64,000 bases of DNA from Gammaproteobacteria bacterium (GCA_030065815.1 JASJCU010000001.1:1518-65517), one strand, 5' to 3'; positions 8,837 to 18,154 are shown, counted from the stretch's first letter. Program-made: numbers and translations. Notes: generated from the letters alone by a model not told the origin.

Positions 8837-9185
8837 CCAGTCACCTCGCCGAACCCTGAATCCGGAAACGCGAACGGCCCCTGCGGGGCCGTCAGCCGGT
8901 GCGGCCTGCCGCCACCTCCGGTAATCGCGCGAGTCTGCTGCAGTTCGTGCATAGCGTCAAGGCCGCACGTGGCGGCGTCGTGGACGTATGTCCTAAAGAT
9001 GCGCCCGGCCACGCCGCTGCAATCTCGCGACGGGGACGGCAACGGCAGGCTCGTGGACGGAATGCGCAGATCCAGGCTGTGGCGGAGCACGCGGCGTGCT
9101 TTTTGGCAATGCACGCTGCTGGTGCTCGCCGGCGTCGTCCTCAGCACGACAACACGCGTGGCGCACACCGCTGGCTGCGCACCTG

Positions 9186-9212
9186 AACGACAAACGGCGC
9201 CGGATGGCGCCG
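9186..9212 (-). terminator. putative rho-independent terminator of the tRNA operon
   Basis: On the - strand, just after tRNA-His: 7-bp GC stem CGGCGCC / GGCGCCG with a 4-nt loop, followed by TTTGTCGTT. Confidence 0.5.
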
Positions 9213-9227
9213 CCTTCTGTATCGATA

Positions 9228-9304
9228 TGGGGTGGACGATGGGGATCGAACCCACGACCACTGGTGCCACAAACCAGGGCTCTACCAACTGAGCTACGCC
9301 CACC
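9228..9304 (-). tRNA. tRNA-His (anticodon GTG)
   Basis: Hand-folded cloverleaf: extra G-1 paired with C73 (the His identity feature), TAGCTCAGTTGGTAGAGC D-arm, anticodon loop TTGTGGC, GTGGG-TTCGATC-CCCAT T-arm and an encoded CCA. Confidence 0.9.
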
Positions 9305-9316
9305 ATAAACTGTGTC

Positions 9317-9398
9317 GGTGCGCCGCCCGCAACCGCGGCGGACCTGGCGCATGATCCGGTGCGCCGCCCGCAACCGCGGCGGACCTGGCGCATGATCC
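9317..9398. repeat. perfect 41-bp tandem duplication in the tRNA-Arg/tRNA-His spacer
   Basis: ggtgcgccgcccgcaaccgcggcggacctggcgcatgatcc occurs twice back-to-back (9317..9357 and 9358..9398). Confidence 0.95.
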
Positions 9399-9408
9399 CC
9401 GGGAACCG

Positions 9409-9485
<77 letters not shown>

Positions 9486-9500
9486 CGAACTGGTACGGTT

Positions 9501-9577
9501 TGGTCGGGGTAGAGAGATTCGAACTCCCGACATCCTGCTCCCAAAGCAGGCGCGCTACCAGACTGCGCTATACCCCG
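9501..9577 (-). tRNA. tRNA-Pro (anticodon TGG)
   Basis: Hand-folded: acceptor CGGGGTA/TACCCCG, anticodon stem CCTGC/GCAGG with loop TTTGGGA, T-arm GGGAG-TTCGAAT-CTCTC, encoded CCA. Confidence 0.9.
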
Positions 9578-9700
9578 ACGGCTGCTCCGCGCAATCGCGA
9601 AGGCGCTAAATGATACGCAGCGGCCGTTTTGCCGTCAATCCGCGCCCCGTGCTCTGCTATCATCGCGGGTTTGCGCAAGAAAAGGGGGCAAGGGTTGCAG

Positions 9701-10558
9701 ATGGGCGCTCAGATTCTCGACGGCAAGGCGATCGCGGCCGATCTCCGCGCGCAGATCGCGTCCCTGGTCGCCGCCCGCGTCGCCGAGGGCCGCCGCCCGC
9801 CGGGCCTGGTCGTCGTGCTGGTCGGTGACAACCCGGCCTCGCAGGTCTACGTACGCAACAAGCAGAAGGCCTGCGAACAGGTCGGCTTCGCATCCGAGAT
9901 CGTGCGCCTGTCCGGCGAATCCACGCAGGCCGAGCTGCTCGATCTGATCGACGACCTCAACGCCCGCGACGACGTCGACGGCATCCTCGTGCAGCTGCCG
10001 CTGCCGCCACAGATCGACGAGGACACGGTGACCGAGCGCATCCTGCCGACCAAGGACGTCGACGGCTTCCACCCCTACAACGTCGGCAAGCTGGTATTGC
10101 GCCAGCCGACGTTGCGGCCGTGCACGCCGAAAGGCGTCATGACGATGCTCTCGCGTACCGGGATCGCGCTGGTCGGCAAGGACGCGGTGATCGTCGGCCA
10201 GTCGAACATCGTCGGACGGCCGATGTTCCTCGAGCTGCTGATGGCGCGCTGCACCGTGACCGTGTGCCACAGCAAGACGCGCGACCTCGCTGCCAAGGTG
10301 CGCGGCGCCGACGTCGTCGTCGCCGCGGTCGGCGTCCCGCGTTTCATCAAGGCGGACTGGGTGAAACCCGGCGCGATCGTCATCGATGTCGGTATCAACC
10401 GCCTCGACGACGGCAGCCTGTGCGGCGACGTCGATACCGACGCGGTCGCCGAGGTCGCGGCCTGGATCACGCCGGTTCCTGGCGGGGTCGGGCCGATGAC
10501 GGTCGCGACGCTGCTGGAAAACACCCTGGTGGCCGCCGACCTGCACGACCCGGACTGA
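9701..10558 (+). CDS. folD: bifunctional methylenetetrahydrofolate dehydrogenase/cyclohydrolase
   Basis: [12 protein letters not shown]...[17 protein letters not shown]...[10 protein letters not shown]...[12 protein letters not shown] used the ATG at 9701 rather than the track start at 9629. Confidence 0.95.
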   Translation: MGAQILDGKAIAADLRAQIASLVAARVAEGRRPPGLVVVLVGDNPASQVYVRNKQKACEQVGFASEIVRLSGESTQAELLDLIDDLNARDDVDGILVQLPLPPQIDEDTVTERILPTKDVDGFHPYNVGKLVLRQPTLRPCTPKGVMTMLSRTGIALVGKDAVIVGQSNIVGRPMFLELLMARCTVTVCHSKTRDLAAKVRGADVVVAAVGVPRFIKADWVKPGAIVIDVGINRLDDGSLCGDVDTDAVAEVAAWITPVPGGVGPMTVATLLENTLVAADLHDPD

Positions 10559-10591
10559 TCCCGGTCGACACGACGGCGCCGCAGCCGGGCT

Positions 10592-11293
10592 TCAGCCAGC
10601 CCCGGGCGGCAACGCCGCGGCACGTGCCAGGAACGCTGCAACGGGTTCACCGCAGGCGCGCAGCGCGACGCGCGGCTGCAGCGACAGCTTGACGACGTCG
10701 CCGTCGACATCGAACTGCTCCCGCCCCAACAGCATCACCAGGCGCCGACAGAACGCGTTGCCCTGCTCGACGTCGTCGCACTGCAGGTAGACCAGGAAGC
10801 GGTCGCCGTCGCGCATCGGCAGGTCGCCTTCGCGCGTCTGACCGCGCACCGCACGGCCGGCGACGTCCAGCAGCCGGTCGACCGCGGCGCGCCCGTGGCG
10901 TCGTTCTACGGTGTCGAGGTAGGCGAACCCGATGATCGCAAGCGCCAGCTGACTGCGGCCGGCACGATCATCGCGGGCGGCCAGGTTGGACACCACCTCG
11001 TCGACGTAACTGCGCCGGTAGAGGCCGCTGACCGGATCGCGCAGCAGGTCGTCGGCGGCGGCGCCGCGCGCCCGCTGCCCGACAGCCGCGGCGACACCGA
11101 ACAGCACCGCGGCGGCGACAATCAACAGCGCCTGATCGCTCGTGACCGGCCCGCCTGGCGTCGCCGACACCAGCTCTGCCGCGGGCCGCACCGAGACGCC
11201 GATCGCCATGCCGACCAGTGCGATCCCGGCACCGGCCAACCCGATCGCCGCACGTCGCAGCGGCCTGCCCGTCGTCCCGTCCAGTATCCTCAT
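10592..11293 (-). CDS. membrane-anchored GGDEF-like domain protein with a degenerate active site
   Basis: Two N-terminal hydrophobic helices, then SGLYRRSYVDE...HGRAAVDRLL...MRDGDRFLVYL. DGDRF occupies the position of GG(D/E)EF. The start is uncertain (ATG 11293 or 11308). Confidence 0.6.
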   Translation of the reverse strand: MRILDGTTGRPLRRAAIGLAGAGIALVGMAIGVSVRPAAELVSATPGGPVTSDQALLIVAAAVLFGVAAAVGQRARGAAADDLLRDPVSGLYRRSYVDEVVSNLAARDDRAGRSQLALAIIGFAYLDTVERRHGRAAVDRLLDVAGRAVRGQTREGDLPMRDGDRFLVYLQCDDVEQGNAFCRRLVMLLGREQFDVDGDVVKLSLQPRVALRACGEPVAAFLARAAALPPGAG

Positions 11294-11418
11294 CGACCCG
11301 CAATCCATTCGTGTTGTTGTTGGCCGCGTTAGCGGCCGCGCGGCGGTTTTTTGAACGCACCCGGGGCGTGTAGAATCGCCGCCTTCGCATCCCATCCGGC
11401 CGCAACCGGCAGAGGACC

Positions 11419-13086
11419 ATGGCCCAGTACATCTACACCATGAACCGCGTCAGCAAGACCGTGCCGCCCAAGCGCCAGATCCTGCGCGACATTTCGCTGT
11501 CCTTCTTCCCGGGCGCCAAGATCGGCGTGCTCGGACTCAACGGCGCCGGCAAGTCGTCGCTGCTGCGGATCATGGCGGGCGTGGACAGCGACATCGACGG
11601 CGAGGCACGGCCGCAGCCGGGCATCAAGGTCGGCTACCTGCCGCAGGAACCGCAGCTCGACGCGGCCAAGGACGTGCGCGGCAACGTCGAGCAGGCGCTC
11701 GGCCATATCACCGAGGCGCAGGCCGAACTGGACAAGGTCTATGCCGCCTACGCCGAGCCCGATGCCGATTTCGACGCACTGGCCAAGCGCCAGGCCGAAC
11801 TCGAGAACATCCTGCAGGCGTCCGACGGCCACAACCTCGAACGTCAGCTCGAGGTCGCCGCCGACGCGCTGCGCCTGCCGCCGTGGGACGCCGACGTGAC
11901 CAAGCTGTCCGGCGGCGAGCGCCGTCGCGTCGCACTGTGCCGGCTGCTGCTGTCCAAGCCGGACATGCTCCTGCTCGACGAGCCGACCAACCACCTCGAC
12001 GCCGAATCCGTGGCGTGGCTCGAACGCTTCCTGCACGACTACCCTGGCACCGTCGTTGCCGTCACCCACGACCGCTACTTCCTCGACAACGTCGCCGGCT
12101 GGATCCTCGAACTCGACCGCGGTCACGGTATCCCGTGGCAGGGCAACTACTCGTCGTGGCTGGAGCAGAAAGAGGCGCGCCTCGAGCAGGAAGAGAAGCA
12201 GGAGGCCGGTCGCATCAAGACGATGAAGCAGGAACTCGAGTGGGTGCGGCAGAACCCGAAGGGTCGCCAGGCCAAGAGCAAGGCACGCCTGGCCCGCTTC
12301 GAGGAACTGCAGAGCCAGGATTTCCAGAAGCGCAACGAGACCAACGAGATCTACATCCCGCCCGGCGAGCGCCTCGGCGACCTGGTCATCGAGGCCGAGG
12401 GGCTGCAGAAATCGTTCGGCGACAAGCTGCTGTACAAGGATCTGAGCTTCAACCTGCCGAAGGGCGGCATCGTCGGCATCATCGGCCCGAACGGCGCCGG
12501 CAAGACGACGCTGTTCCGCATGCTGAGCGGCGACGAGACGCCGGACGCCGGCGAGCTGCGGATCGGCGACACGGTCAACATCGCCGCGGTCGACCAGAGT
12601 CGCGATGCGTTGAACGACACGCACACGGTCTGGCAGGAGATCTCCGACGACCAGGAGATCATCACGGTCGGCAACTTCCAGATGCCGTCGCGCGCCTACT
12701 GTTCGCGGTTCAACTTCAGGGGTTCGGACCAGCAGAAGAAGGTCGGCGACCTGTCCGGCGGCGAGCGCAACCGCGTGCACCTGGCGAAGCTGCTGAAGTC
12801 CGGCGGCAACGTGCTGCTGCTCGACGAACCGACCAACGACCTCGACGTCGAGACCCTGCGTGCGCTCGAAGAGGCGCTGCTCGCGTTCCCCGGCTGCGCC
12901 GTCGTGATCTCGCACGACCGCTGGTTCCTCGACCGCATCGCGACCCATATTCTGGCCTTCGAGGGCGACTCCGAGGTGGTCTGGTACGAGGGAAACTTCG
13001 CCGACTACGAGGACGACAAGAAGCGCCGCCTCGGTGACGACGCCGTCAACCCACACCGCATCAAGTACAAGCGGATCGACGCCTGA
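11419..13086 (+). CDS. ettA: energy-dependent translational throttle ABC-F ATPase EttA
   Basis: MAQYIYTMNRVSKTVPPKRQILRDISLSFFPGAKIGVLGLNGAGKSSLLRIMAG... Near-colinear with the EttA pattern, with two ABC cassettes (LSGGERRRV and LSGGERNRV). Confidence 0.95.
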   Translation: MAQYIYTMNRVSKTVPPKRQILRDISLSFFPGAKIGVLGLNGAGKSSLLRIMAGVDSDIDGEARPQPGIKVGYLPQEPQLDAAKDVRGNVEQALGHITEAQAELDKVYAAYAEPDADFDALAKRQAELENILQASDGHNLERQLEVAADALRLPPWDADVTKLSGGERRRVALCRLLLSKPDMLLLDEPTNHLDAESVAWLERFLHDYPGTVVAVTHDRYFLDNVAGWILELDRGHGIPWQGNYSSWLEQKEARLEQEEKQEAGRIKTMKQELEWVRQNPKGRQAKSKARLARFEELQSQDFQKRNETNEIYIPPGERLGDLVIEAEGLQKSFGDKLLYKDLSFNLPKGGIVGIIGPNGAGKTTLFRMLSGDETPDAGELRIGDTVNIAAVDQSRDALNDTHTVWQEISDDQEIITVGNFQMPSRAYCSRFNFRGSDQQKKVGDLSGGERNRVHLAKLLKSGGNVLLLDEPTNDLDVETLRALEEALLAFPGCAVVISHDRWFLDRIATHILAFEGDSEVVWYEGNFADYEDDKKRRLGDDAVNPHRIKYKRIDA

Positions 13087-13118
13087 TCGCCCGGACTCCA
13101 CCCGTGAGGGCCATACCG

Positions 13119-14564
13119 ATGATGTCCAGACTGTTGCCTGTCGTCTGCCTAGTCTTGGTTGCGGCGCTGGCGATCCCGGGCCGGGCGGCGCCCCCGGCGG
13201 TCGCCGACGGCGCGCACGCCGAATCCCTGCCGAGCCCCGCGGTCGCCGAGCCGCGACGCGGCAACGTGCGCCTGAGCAGCGTGCTGGCGTCCGGCGGGGA
13301 GCCCTTCCCCGGCACCCACTTCACGGTGCTGCGCGACCAGCCGGGCACCTTCGGCGAGGCGCGCCAGCACATCATGGCGCGTGCCGGACCCAAGGCAGTC
13401 GCCGATTTCCGGCTCAGCGCCGACCGCTACCGTGTCCGGGTCCGCAACGGCGCCGTGTCGGCAACGCAGACCATCGACGTGCCGGCAAGCGGTGACCTGA
13501 GTGCGCAGATCGTGCTCGGCGCCGCCGAGCTGCGCCTCGCGGCGACCCTCGACGCGTCCGGCACGGCGGCCGAGCAGGCATGGTTCCGGATCCTGCGTGA
13601 CGCCACCGACGCCTACGGCAACCCGGTGCGGGAGCAGGTCGCCAGCGACGGCTACGGCGACGCGGCCCGCTTCGTGCTGCCGGCCGGCGACTACGTCGCC
13701 GAGGCCCGCTACGGCGACGCGACGGTGCAGCGGCCGGTCACGCTGCGGGCCGGTGAGCGCCGCCGCCTCGACCTGGTCCTCGGCGCCGGGCGGCTCGATC
13801 TCGTCGCGACGCTGAGCGCCGACGGCGAACCGGTCGGTGGTGTCGACTTCACGCTGCTGCGGCACGGCGACGACCCGGGGTCGCCGCTGGTCGAGGTGGC
13901 CGGCGCCGACACCACGGCCGCGGTGTCGTTCGTCGTGCCGCACGGCGACTACGTCGCGCGGGCGCGCCTCGACCGCGCCGTCGTCGAGGCCCCGGTGACT
14001 GTCGTCGCCGGCGAGGCGGCCGCGCTCGAACTGCCGCTGCAGGCCGGTGAGCTGGTGGTCCATGCGACATTGGCCGGCCGTGACGACGCGCTGCTCGACA
14101 GCTGGTTCGAGGTACGACCGGACACCGACGACGACGGCGGCGCACCGGCGGCCGCGCGCGGCCCGGGCGACCGGGTGCGTTTCGTGCTGCCGTCCGGCAC
14201 ACACCGCGTGCGCGCACGCCACGGCCGCAGCGCGGGTTCGGCGCGCGTCGACATCGCGCCCGGGACCGCGCAGACGCTGGCCGTGGCGCTCGACGCCGGC
14301 CGCGTCAGCGTCAGCCTGGTGCAGGCCGACGCGGCGGACGCGCAGCACCACACCTGGTTCTCGGTGTATCGCATCGAGCACGACGCCGCCGGTCGCGAAC
14401 GCCGCGAACGGGTTTACAACGACGGCTATTTCGCGAGTACCGACATCGTGCTGCCGGCCGGCGACTACATCGCCTATGCGCAGGCCGCCGGCAGACGCGG
14501 CGAACGGCGCTTCGCCGTCGAACCCGGACGCCTGCAGCGGGTGGAGATCAGGGCCAGCCGTTGA
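13119..14564 (+). CDS. secreted protein made of five tandem ~85-aa repeats (beta-sandwich-like module)
   Basis: Signal-like N-terminus MMSRLLPVVCLVLVAALAIPGRAAP. Five repeats share the pattern F.(V/I)(L/Y)R...(F/I)VLP(A/S/H)G.Y.A.A......V.(V/L).AG......L.AG.L. ATG 13119 is preferred over GTG 13104. Confidence 0.65.
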   Translation: MMSRLLPVVCLVLVAALAIPGRAAPPAVADGAHAESLPSPAVAEPRRGNVRLSSVLASGGEPFPGTHFTVLRDQPGTFGEARQHIMARAGPKAVADFRLSADRYRVRVRNGAVSATQTIDVPASGDLSAQIVLGAAELRLAATLDASGTAAEQAWFRILRDATDAYGNPVREQVASDGYGDAARFVLPAGDYVAEARYGDATVQRPVTLRAGERRRLDLVLGAGRLDLVATLSADGEPVGGVDFTLLRHGDDPGSPLVEVAGADTTAAVSFVVPHGDYVARARLDRAVVEAPVTVVAGEAAALELPLQAGELVVHATLAGRDDALLDSWFEVRPDTDDDGGAPAAARGPGDRVRFVLPSGTHRVRARHGRSAGSARVDIAPGTAQTLAVALDAGRVSVSLVQADAADAQHHTWFSVYRIEHDAAGRERRERVYNDGYFASTDIVLPAGDYIAYAQAAGRRGERRFAVEPGRLQRVEIRASR

Positions 14565-14640
14565 ATCGGCTGGCGGCCGCGAGCCGTGCACAGGACACCG
14601 TCGCCGCGGCGCCTGGCTCGGTCAGCGCGGGTTCAGCGGG

Positions 14641-14964
14641 TTACTCGGCGGGGGCCTCCGGTGCGACCGGTGGCCACGGCGGGAGGTAGCCGTAGGGGGC
14701 GCCGTAGTACGGGATGTGCGCGTTGTAGCCGTAACCATTGCCGTAGCCGTCGCCGACACCGTAGCCGTGACCGCGGCCCTCGCCACGGAAGCGCGCGCTC
14801 ATGTTGAAGTCGAACGTGAAGTCGGCCTCGGCATCGCCGGCACCGTCGACATAGCCGTTGTTGTAGCCGTTGCCGTAGCCGCTGTTGCCCCAGTCGTTCC
14901 AGCCCCAGAAGGCCGATGCCGGCATCGCCGCGATCAGGGCTGCCAATGCGATCATCTTTTTCAT
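14641..14964 (-). CDS. Gly/Tyr-rich secreted protein, putative sulfur globule protein (Sgp-like), paralog of 4211..4600
   Basis: Signal peptide MKKMIALAALIAAMPASAFW, then GYGNGYNNGY, ADFTFDFNMSARFRGEGRGHGYG, GNGYGYN and YYGAPYGYLPPWPP. The internal ATG 14964 was chosen. An AT-rich promoter-like stretch lies upstream (14965..15060). Confidence 0.6.
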   Translation of the reverse strand: MKKMIALAALIAAMPASAFWGWNDWGNSGYGNGYNNGYVDGAGDAEADFTFDFNMSARFRGEGRGHGYGVGDGYGNGYGYNAHIPYYGAPYGYLPPWPPVAPEAPAE

Positions 14965-15158
14965 GATTAAATTCCCGAAACCGTTAACCGTCGGCGGCCG
15001 CGCACCTGCCACCCGAATTAAGAGAAAGTATATAAGCAATTTCTTAAATTGCAAGCGATTTTTGCACCGCACAATCCGCGCCCTGTCCTGAACCGCCGGC
15101 GCCGGCCGGCCCGCGCGCGGACGACGCCACCAGACCTCACGGAGCCACCGAGACCCCG

Positions 15159-16016
15159 ATGGACTCACCCGACGAGTTTTTCGCCCGTGCCAATCGCCTG
15201 CTCGACCGCTGGGAGACCCTGCTCGACGGCCGTGCCAGCCCTCCCGACTGGATCCACGACGCCTACCGCTGGCGCCACGATCGCCGCGGCATGCGGCTGC
15301 TGCCGGTCAAGCGCCCGCATCGCGTCGACCTCGCCGACCTGCTGTGCATGGACCGTCAGAAGGCCGAGGTCTTGCGCAACACCACGCAGTTCATGCGTGG
15401 CCTGCCGGCCAACAACGTGTTGCTGTGGGGCGCCCGCGGCACCGGCAAGTCGACGCTGATCAAGGCCGTGTTCAACGCCTTCGTCAACGACGGCCTGCGC
15501 CTGATCGAGGTCGAGAAGGAACACCTGGTCGACCTGATCGACATCGTCGACGTACTCGACGGCCGCGCGGAACGCTTTCTGCTGTTCTGCGACGACCTGT
15601 CGTTCGACGCCGACGACGCCGGGTACACGGCGCTCAAGGCCGTGCTCGAGGGTTCGATCGCGGCGCCGCCGGCGAACGTGCTGATCTACGCGAGCTCGAA
15701 TCGGCGCCACCTGCTGCCCGAGCACAAGGCCGAGAACCAGGACGTGCATGTCGTCAACGGCGAGATCCATCCCGGCGACGCGATCGAGGAGAAGATCTCG
15801 CTGTCCGAGCGTTTTGGCCTGTGGCTGTCGTTCTATCCGTTCAGCCAGGACGACTACCTGGCGATCGTCGAACACTGGCTGGACCGTCTCGGCGCCGGCG
15901 ACCTCGCCGATCCCGAGACCCGCCGTGCGGCGCTGGCGTGGGCACGCCAGCGTGGTTCGCGCAGCGGCCGGGTCGCGCGCCAGTTCGCCGTCGACCAGGC
16001 GGGCCGCGATGCCTGA
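15159..16016 (+). CDS. P-loop ATPase of the DUF815-type family
   Basis: NNVLLWGARGTGKSTLIKAV Walker A, LLFCDDLSF Walker B-like, ~285 aa. Confidence 0.7.
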   Translation: MDSPDEFFARANRLLDRWETLLDGRASPPDWIHDAYRWRHDRRGMRLLPVKRPHRVDLADLLCMDRQKAEVLRNTTQFMRGLPANNVLLWGARGTGKSTLIKAVFNAFVNDGLRLIEVEKEHLVDLIDIVDVLDGRAERFLLFCDDLSFDADDAGYTALKAVLEGSIAAPPANVLIYASSNRRHLLPEHKAENQDVHVVNGEIHPGDAIEEKISLSERFGLWLSFYPFSQDDYLAIVEHWLDRLGAGDLADPETRRAALAWARQRGSRSGRVARQFAVDQAGRDA

Positions 16017-16482
16017 GCCCGGCGTCGCGGTGCGGCGCATCGACTTCGCGGACGCCGCCGACATGGCGCGTTACCTGGCCATGCTCGACGCCTATGCGCG
16101 CGACCCGATGGGGGCGTCGCGACCGTTGGCCGATGACGTCCGCGCACGCCTGGCGCGCGACCTGCCGCGACACCCGACCGCGATCGGCCTGCTCGCCGAA
16201 CGGCATGGCGTCGCGGTCGGTTTCGCGACCTGTTTCGCCGCCTACTCGACGTTCGCGGCGCGGCCGCTGCTCAATGTCCACGACATCGCCGTCGTCGCGG
16301 AATGGCGCGGTCACGGTGTTGCCGACGCGCTGCTCGACGCGGTCGCACGGCAGGCGCTGGCGATGGGCTGCTGTCGGATCACGCTCGAGGTGCGCGCCGA
16401 CAACCCGCGCGCGCGCCGCGTCTATCAGCGCAACGGCTTCGTCCCCGGCGACTGCGAGCTATTCCTGCACAGACCGCTGTAG
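16009..16482 (+). CDS. GNAT-family N-acetyltransferase
   Basis: The ATG at 16009 overlaps the stop of the previous gene. The acetyl-CoA motif region VHDIAVVAEWRGHGVADALLDAV...RARRVYQRNGF is present. Confidence 0.75.
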   Translation: MPEPGVAVRRIDFADAADMARYLAMLDAYARDPMGASRPLADDVRARLARDLPRHPTAIGLLAERHGVAVGFATCFAAYSTFAARPLLNVHDIAVVAEWRGHGVADALLDAVARQALAMGCCRITLEVRADNPRARRVYQRNGFVPGDCELFLHRPL

Positions 16483-16553
16483 CCGGCAGCCGATCACCAG
16501 CCAGCACGGTGCCCACCGCCGCGGTCCGGCACGTGTACAGCGGCAGCGCGCGG

Positions 16554-17192
16554 TCAGCGGGCGTCGAGCGCCCGCGTCGACAGCGGCGGTCGTTTCAGCA
16601 GCCCCGGCCGCCAGCGCACCAGCAGCAGCACGAACAGCACCGCGGCGTAGATCAGCGGCTCGAGGAGATCGGCCTTGACCAGCCACAGGAAGTGCAGGAC
16701 GCCGAGCACGGCGACCGCGTAGACCGTGCGGTGCAGGCGTTTCCAATGCCGGCCGAGGCGCCGCATCATCGCGCGCGTCGACGTCAGCGCCAGTGGCAGG
16801 AGCAGCAGCCAGGCGACGAAACCGACGGTGACGAACGGCCGCTTGGCGATATCGGCGAGCATGTTGGCCCAGCGCAGTTCCTGGTCCAGCCAGATCCAGG
16901 TCAGGAAATGCAGCGAGACGTAGAAGAACGCGAACAGGCCGAGCATGCGGCGGAACGTCAGCCAACCGCTCCATGCGGTCAGCTGGCGCAGCGGCGTCAT
17001 CGCCAGCGTCAGCAGCAGGAAGCGCAATCCCCAATCGCCGGTGGTGTGGGTCACGCGCTCGAGCGGGTTGGCGCCGAGGTCGCCGACGGCAGCGCCGTGC
17101 ACGAGCAGGCCGAACGGGATCAACGCCGCGCCGAACAGCAGCGGCTTGGCGACGAAGCGCCGCCACGGGAACGCGTGCTCGGGCCTGTCCAT
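16554..17192 (-). CDS. msrQ: protein-methionine-sulfoxide reductase heme-binding subunit MsrQ (YedZ)
   Basis: Six-TM ferric-reductase-like protein (GDWGLRFLLLTLAMTPL...FFYVSLHFLTW...VLGVLHFLW). Its ATG at 17192 overlaps the msrP stop (ATGA). The 568-aa track ORF is a read-through shadow. Confidence 0.85.
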   Translation of the reverse strand: MDRPEHAFPWRRFVAKPLLFGAALIPFGLLVHGAAVGDLGANPLERVTHTTGDWGLRFLLLTLAMTPLRQLTAWSGWLTFRRMLGLFAFFYVSLHFLTWIWLDQELRWANMLADIAKRPFVTVGFVAWLLLLPLALTSTRAMMRRLGRHWKRLHRTVYAVAVLGVLHFLWLVKADLLEPLIYAAVLFVLLLVRWRPGLLKRPPLSTRALDAR

Positions 17193-18154
17193 CAGTAGAA
17201 CTTGCGCAGGTCCATGTCCTTGTACAGGTGCGCCACCTGGTCGGCGTAGCCGTTGAACATCGGGGTCTCGTGCTTGCGCGAGAACAGGCCCTCGCCGAGG
17301 ACGCGGTGGCGCGCCTGGCTCCAGCGCGGGTGATCGACGCTCGGGTTGACGTTGGCGTAGAAGCCGTACTCGTCGGGTGCCATGCGCCACCAGGTCGTCT
17401 CCGGCACGCCGTGCACGAAGCTGATGCGCACGATCGACTTGATGCTCTTGAAGCCGTACTTCCACGGCACGACGAGGCGCAGCGGCGCGCCGTTCTGGTT
17501 CGGCAGGACCTCGCCGTACAGCCCGGTCGCGAGGATCGTCAGCGGATGCATGGCCTCGTCCATGCGCAGGCCTTCGCGGTACGGCCAGTCGAGGATCGCA
17601 CGCCGTTGGCCGGGCATCTGCTCGGGATCGAGCAGGGTCTCGAAGCGCACGTAGTTGGCGCGCGACGTCGGCTTGAAACGCCGCAGCAGGTCGCCGAGCG
17701 GAAACCCTATCCACGGCACGACCATGGCCCAGGCCTCGACGCAGCGCAGTCGGTAGATACGCTCCTCCTGCGTGAAGCCGGTCAGTATGTCCTCGATACC
17801 GATCTCGCCAGGGGCCTCGCACTCGCCGTCGACGACGACGTTCCACGGCCGCGTCCGCAGCGTGTGCGCGTTTTCCGCCGGGTCCGCCTTGTCGGTACCG
17901 AACTCGTAGAAGTTGTTGTACTGGGTCACGAACTCGTAGTCGGTGAGTTCGAGGCCCCTGCCATGCGGCGTCTCGACGACGCCGGCGATCGCGTCGCGTT
18001 GTCCGGCCGGCGCGACCAGCGCCGCGGCCGGGCCGCTCAGCGCCGCGCCGACACCGGCGGCAGCGGCGGCCTTGAGGAAGGCACGACGCTGCGCATAGAC
18101 GTCGGCGGGTGTGATCTCGGACGACCGGATGTCGCCGTGGCGCCTGATCAGCAT
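17192..18154 (-). CDS. msrP: protein-methionine-sulfoxide reductase catalytic (molybdopterin) subunit MsrP (YedY)
   Basis: Tat-type leader ([12 protein letters not shown]), then [10 protein letters not shown]...[14 protein letters not shown]...[19 protein letters not shown]. Confidence 0.9.
   Translation of the reverse strand: MLIRRHGDIRSSEITPADVYAQRRAFLKAAAAAGVGAALSGPAAALVAPAGQRDAIAGVVETPHGRGLELTDYEFVTQYNNFYEFGTDKADPAENAHTLRTRPWNVVVDGECEAPGEIGIEDILTGFTQEERIYRLRCVEAWAMVVPWIGFPLGDLLRRFKPTSRANYVRFETLLDPEQMPGQRRAILDWPYREGLRMDEAMHPLTILATGLYGEVLPNQNGAPLRLVVPWKYGFKSIKSIVRISFVHGVPETTWWRMAPDEYGFYANVNPSVDHPRWSQARHRVLGEGLFSRKHETPMFNGYADQVAHLYKDMDLRKFY

Noticed and set aside
7022-9292. Very long ORFs in the track with no recognisable protein features. 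Examples: 7022..9292 + (756 aa), 11329..13101 -, 13149..14591 -, 19742..22522 +, 33289..35604 -, 41536..43425 + N-terminal part, 46009..47856 +, 48781..50940 + N-terminal part, 53677..56523 +, 62240..63772 -.
   Set aside because: They lie antisense to or out of frame with genes that have unmistakable family signatures (glyA, ettA, purL, pepN, moaA and others). They are Arg/Ala/Gly/Asp-rich, as expected for stop-poor shadow frames in high-GC DNA.
9317-9398. CRISPR-like repeat.
   Set aside because: There are only two directly abutting copies with no spacer, located inside a tRNA operon spacer. No cas genes are in the window.
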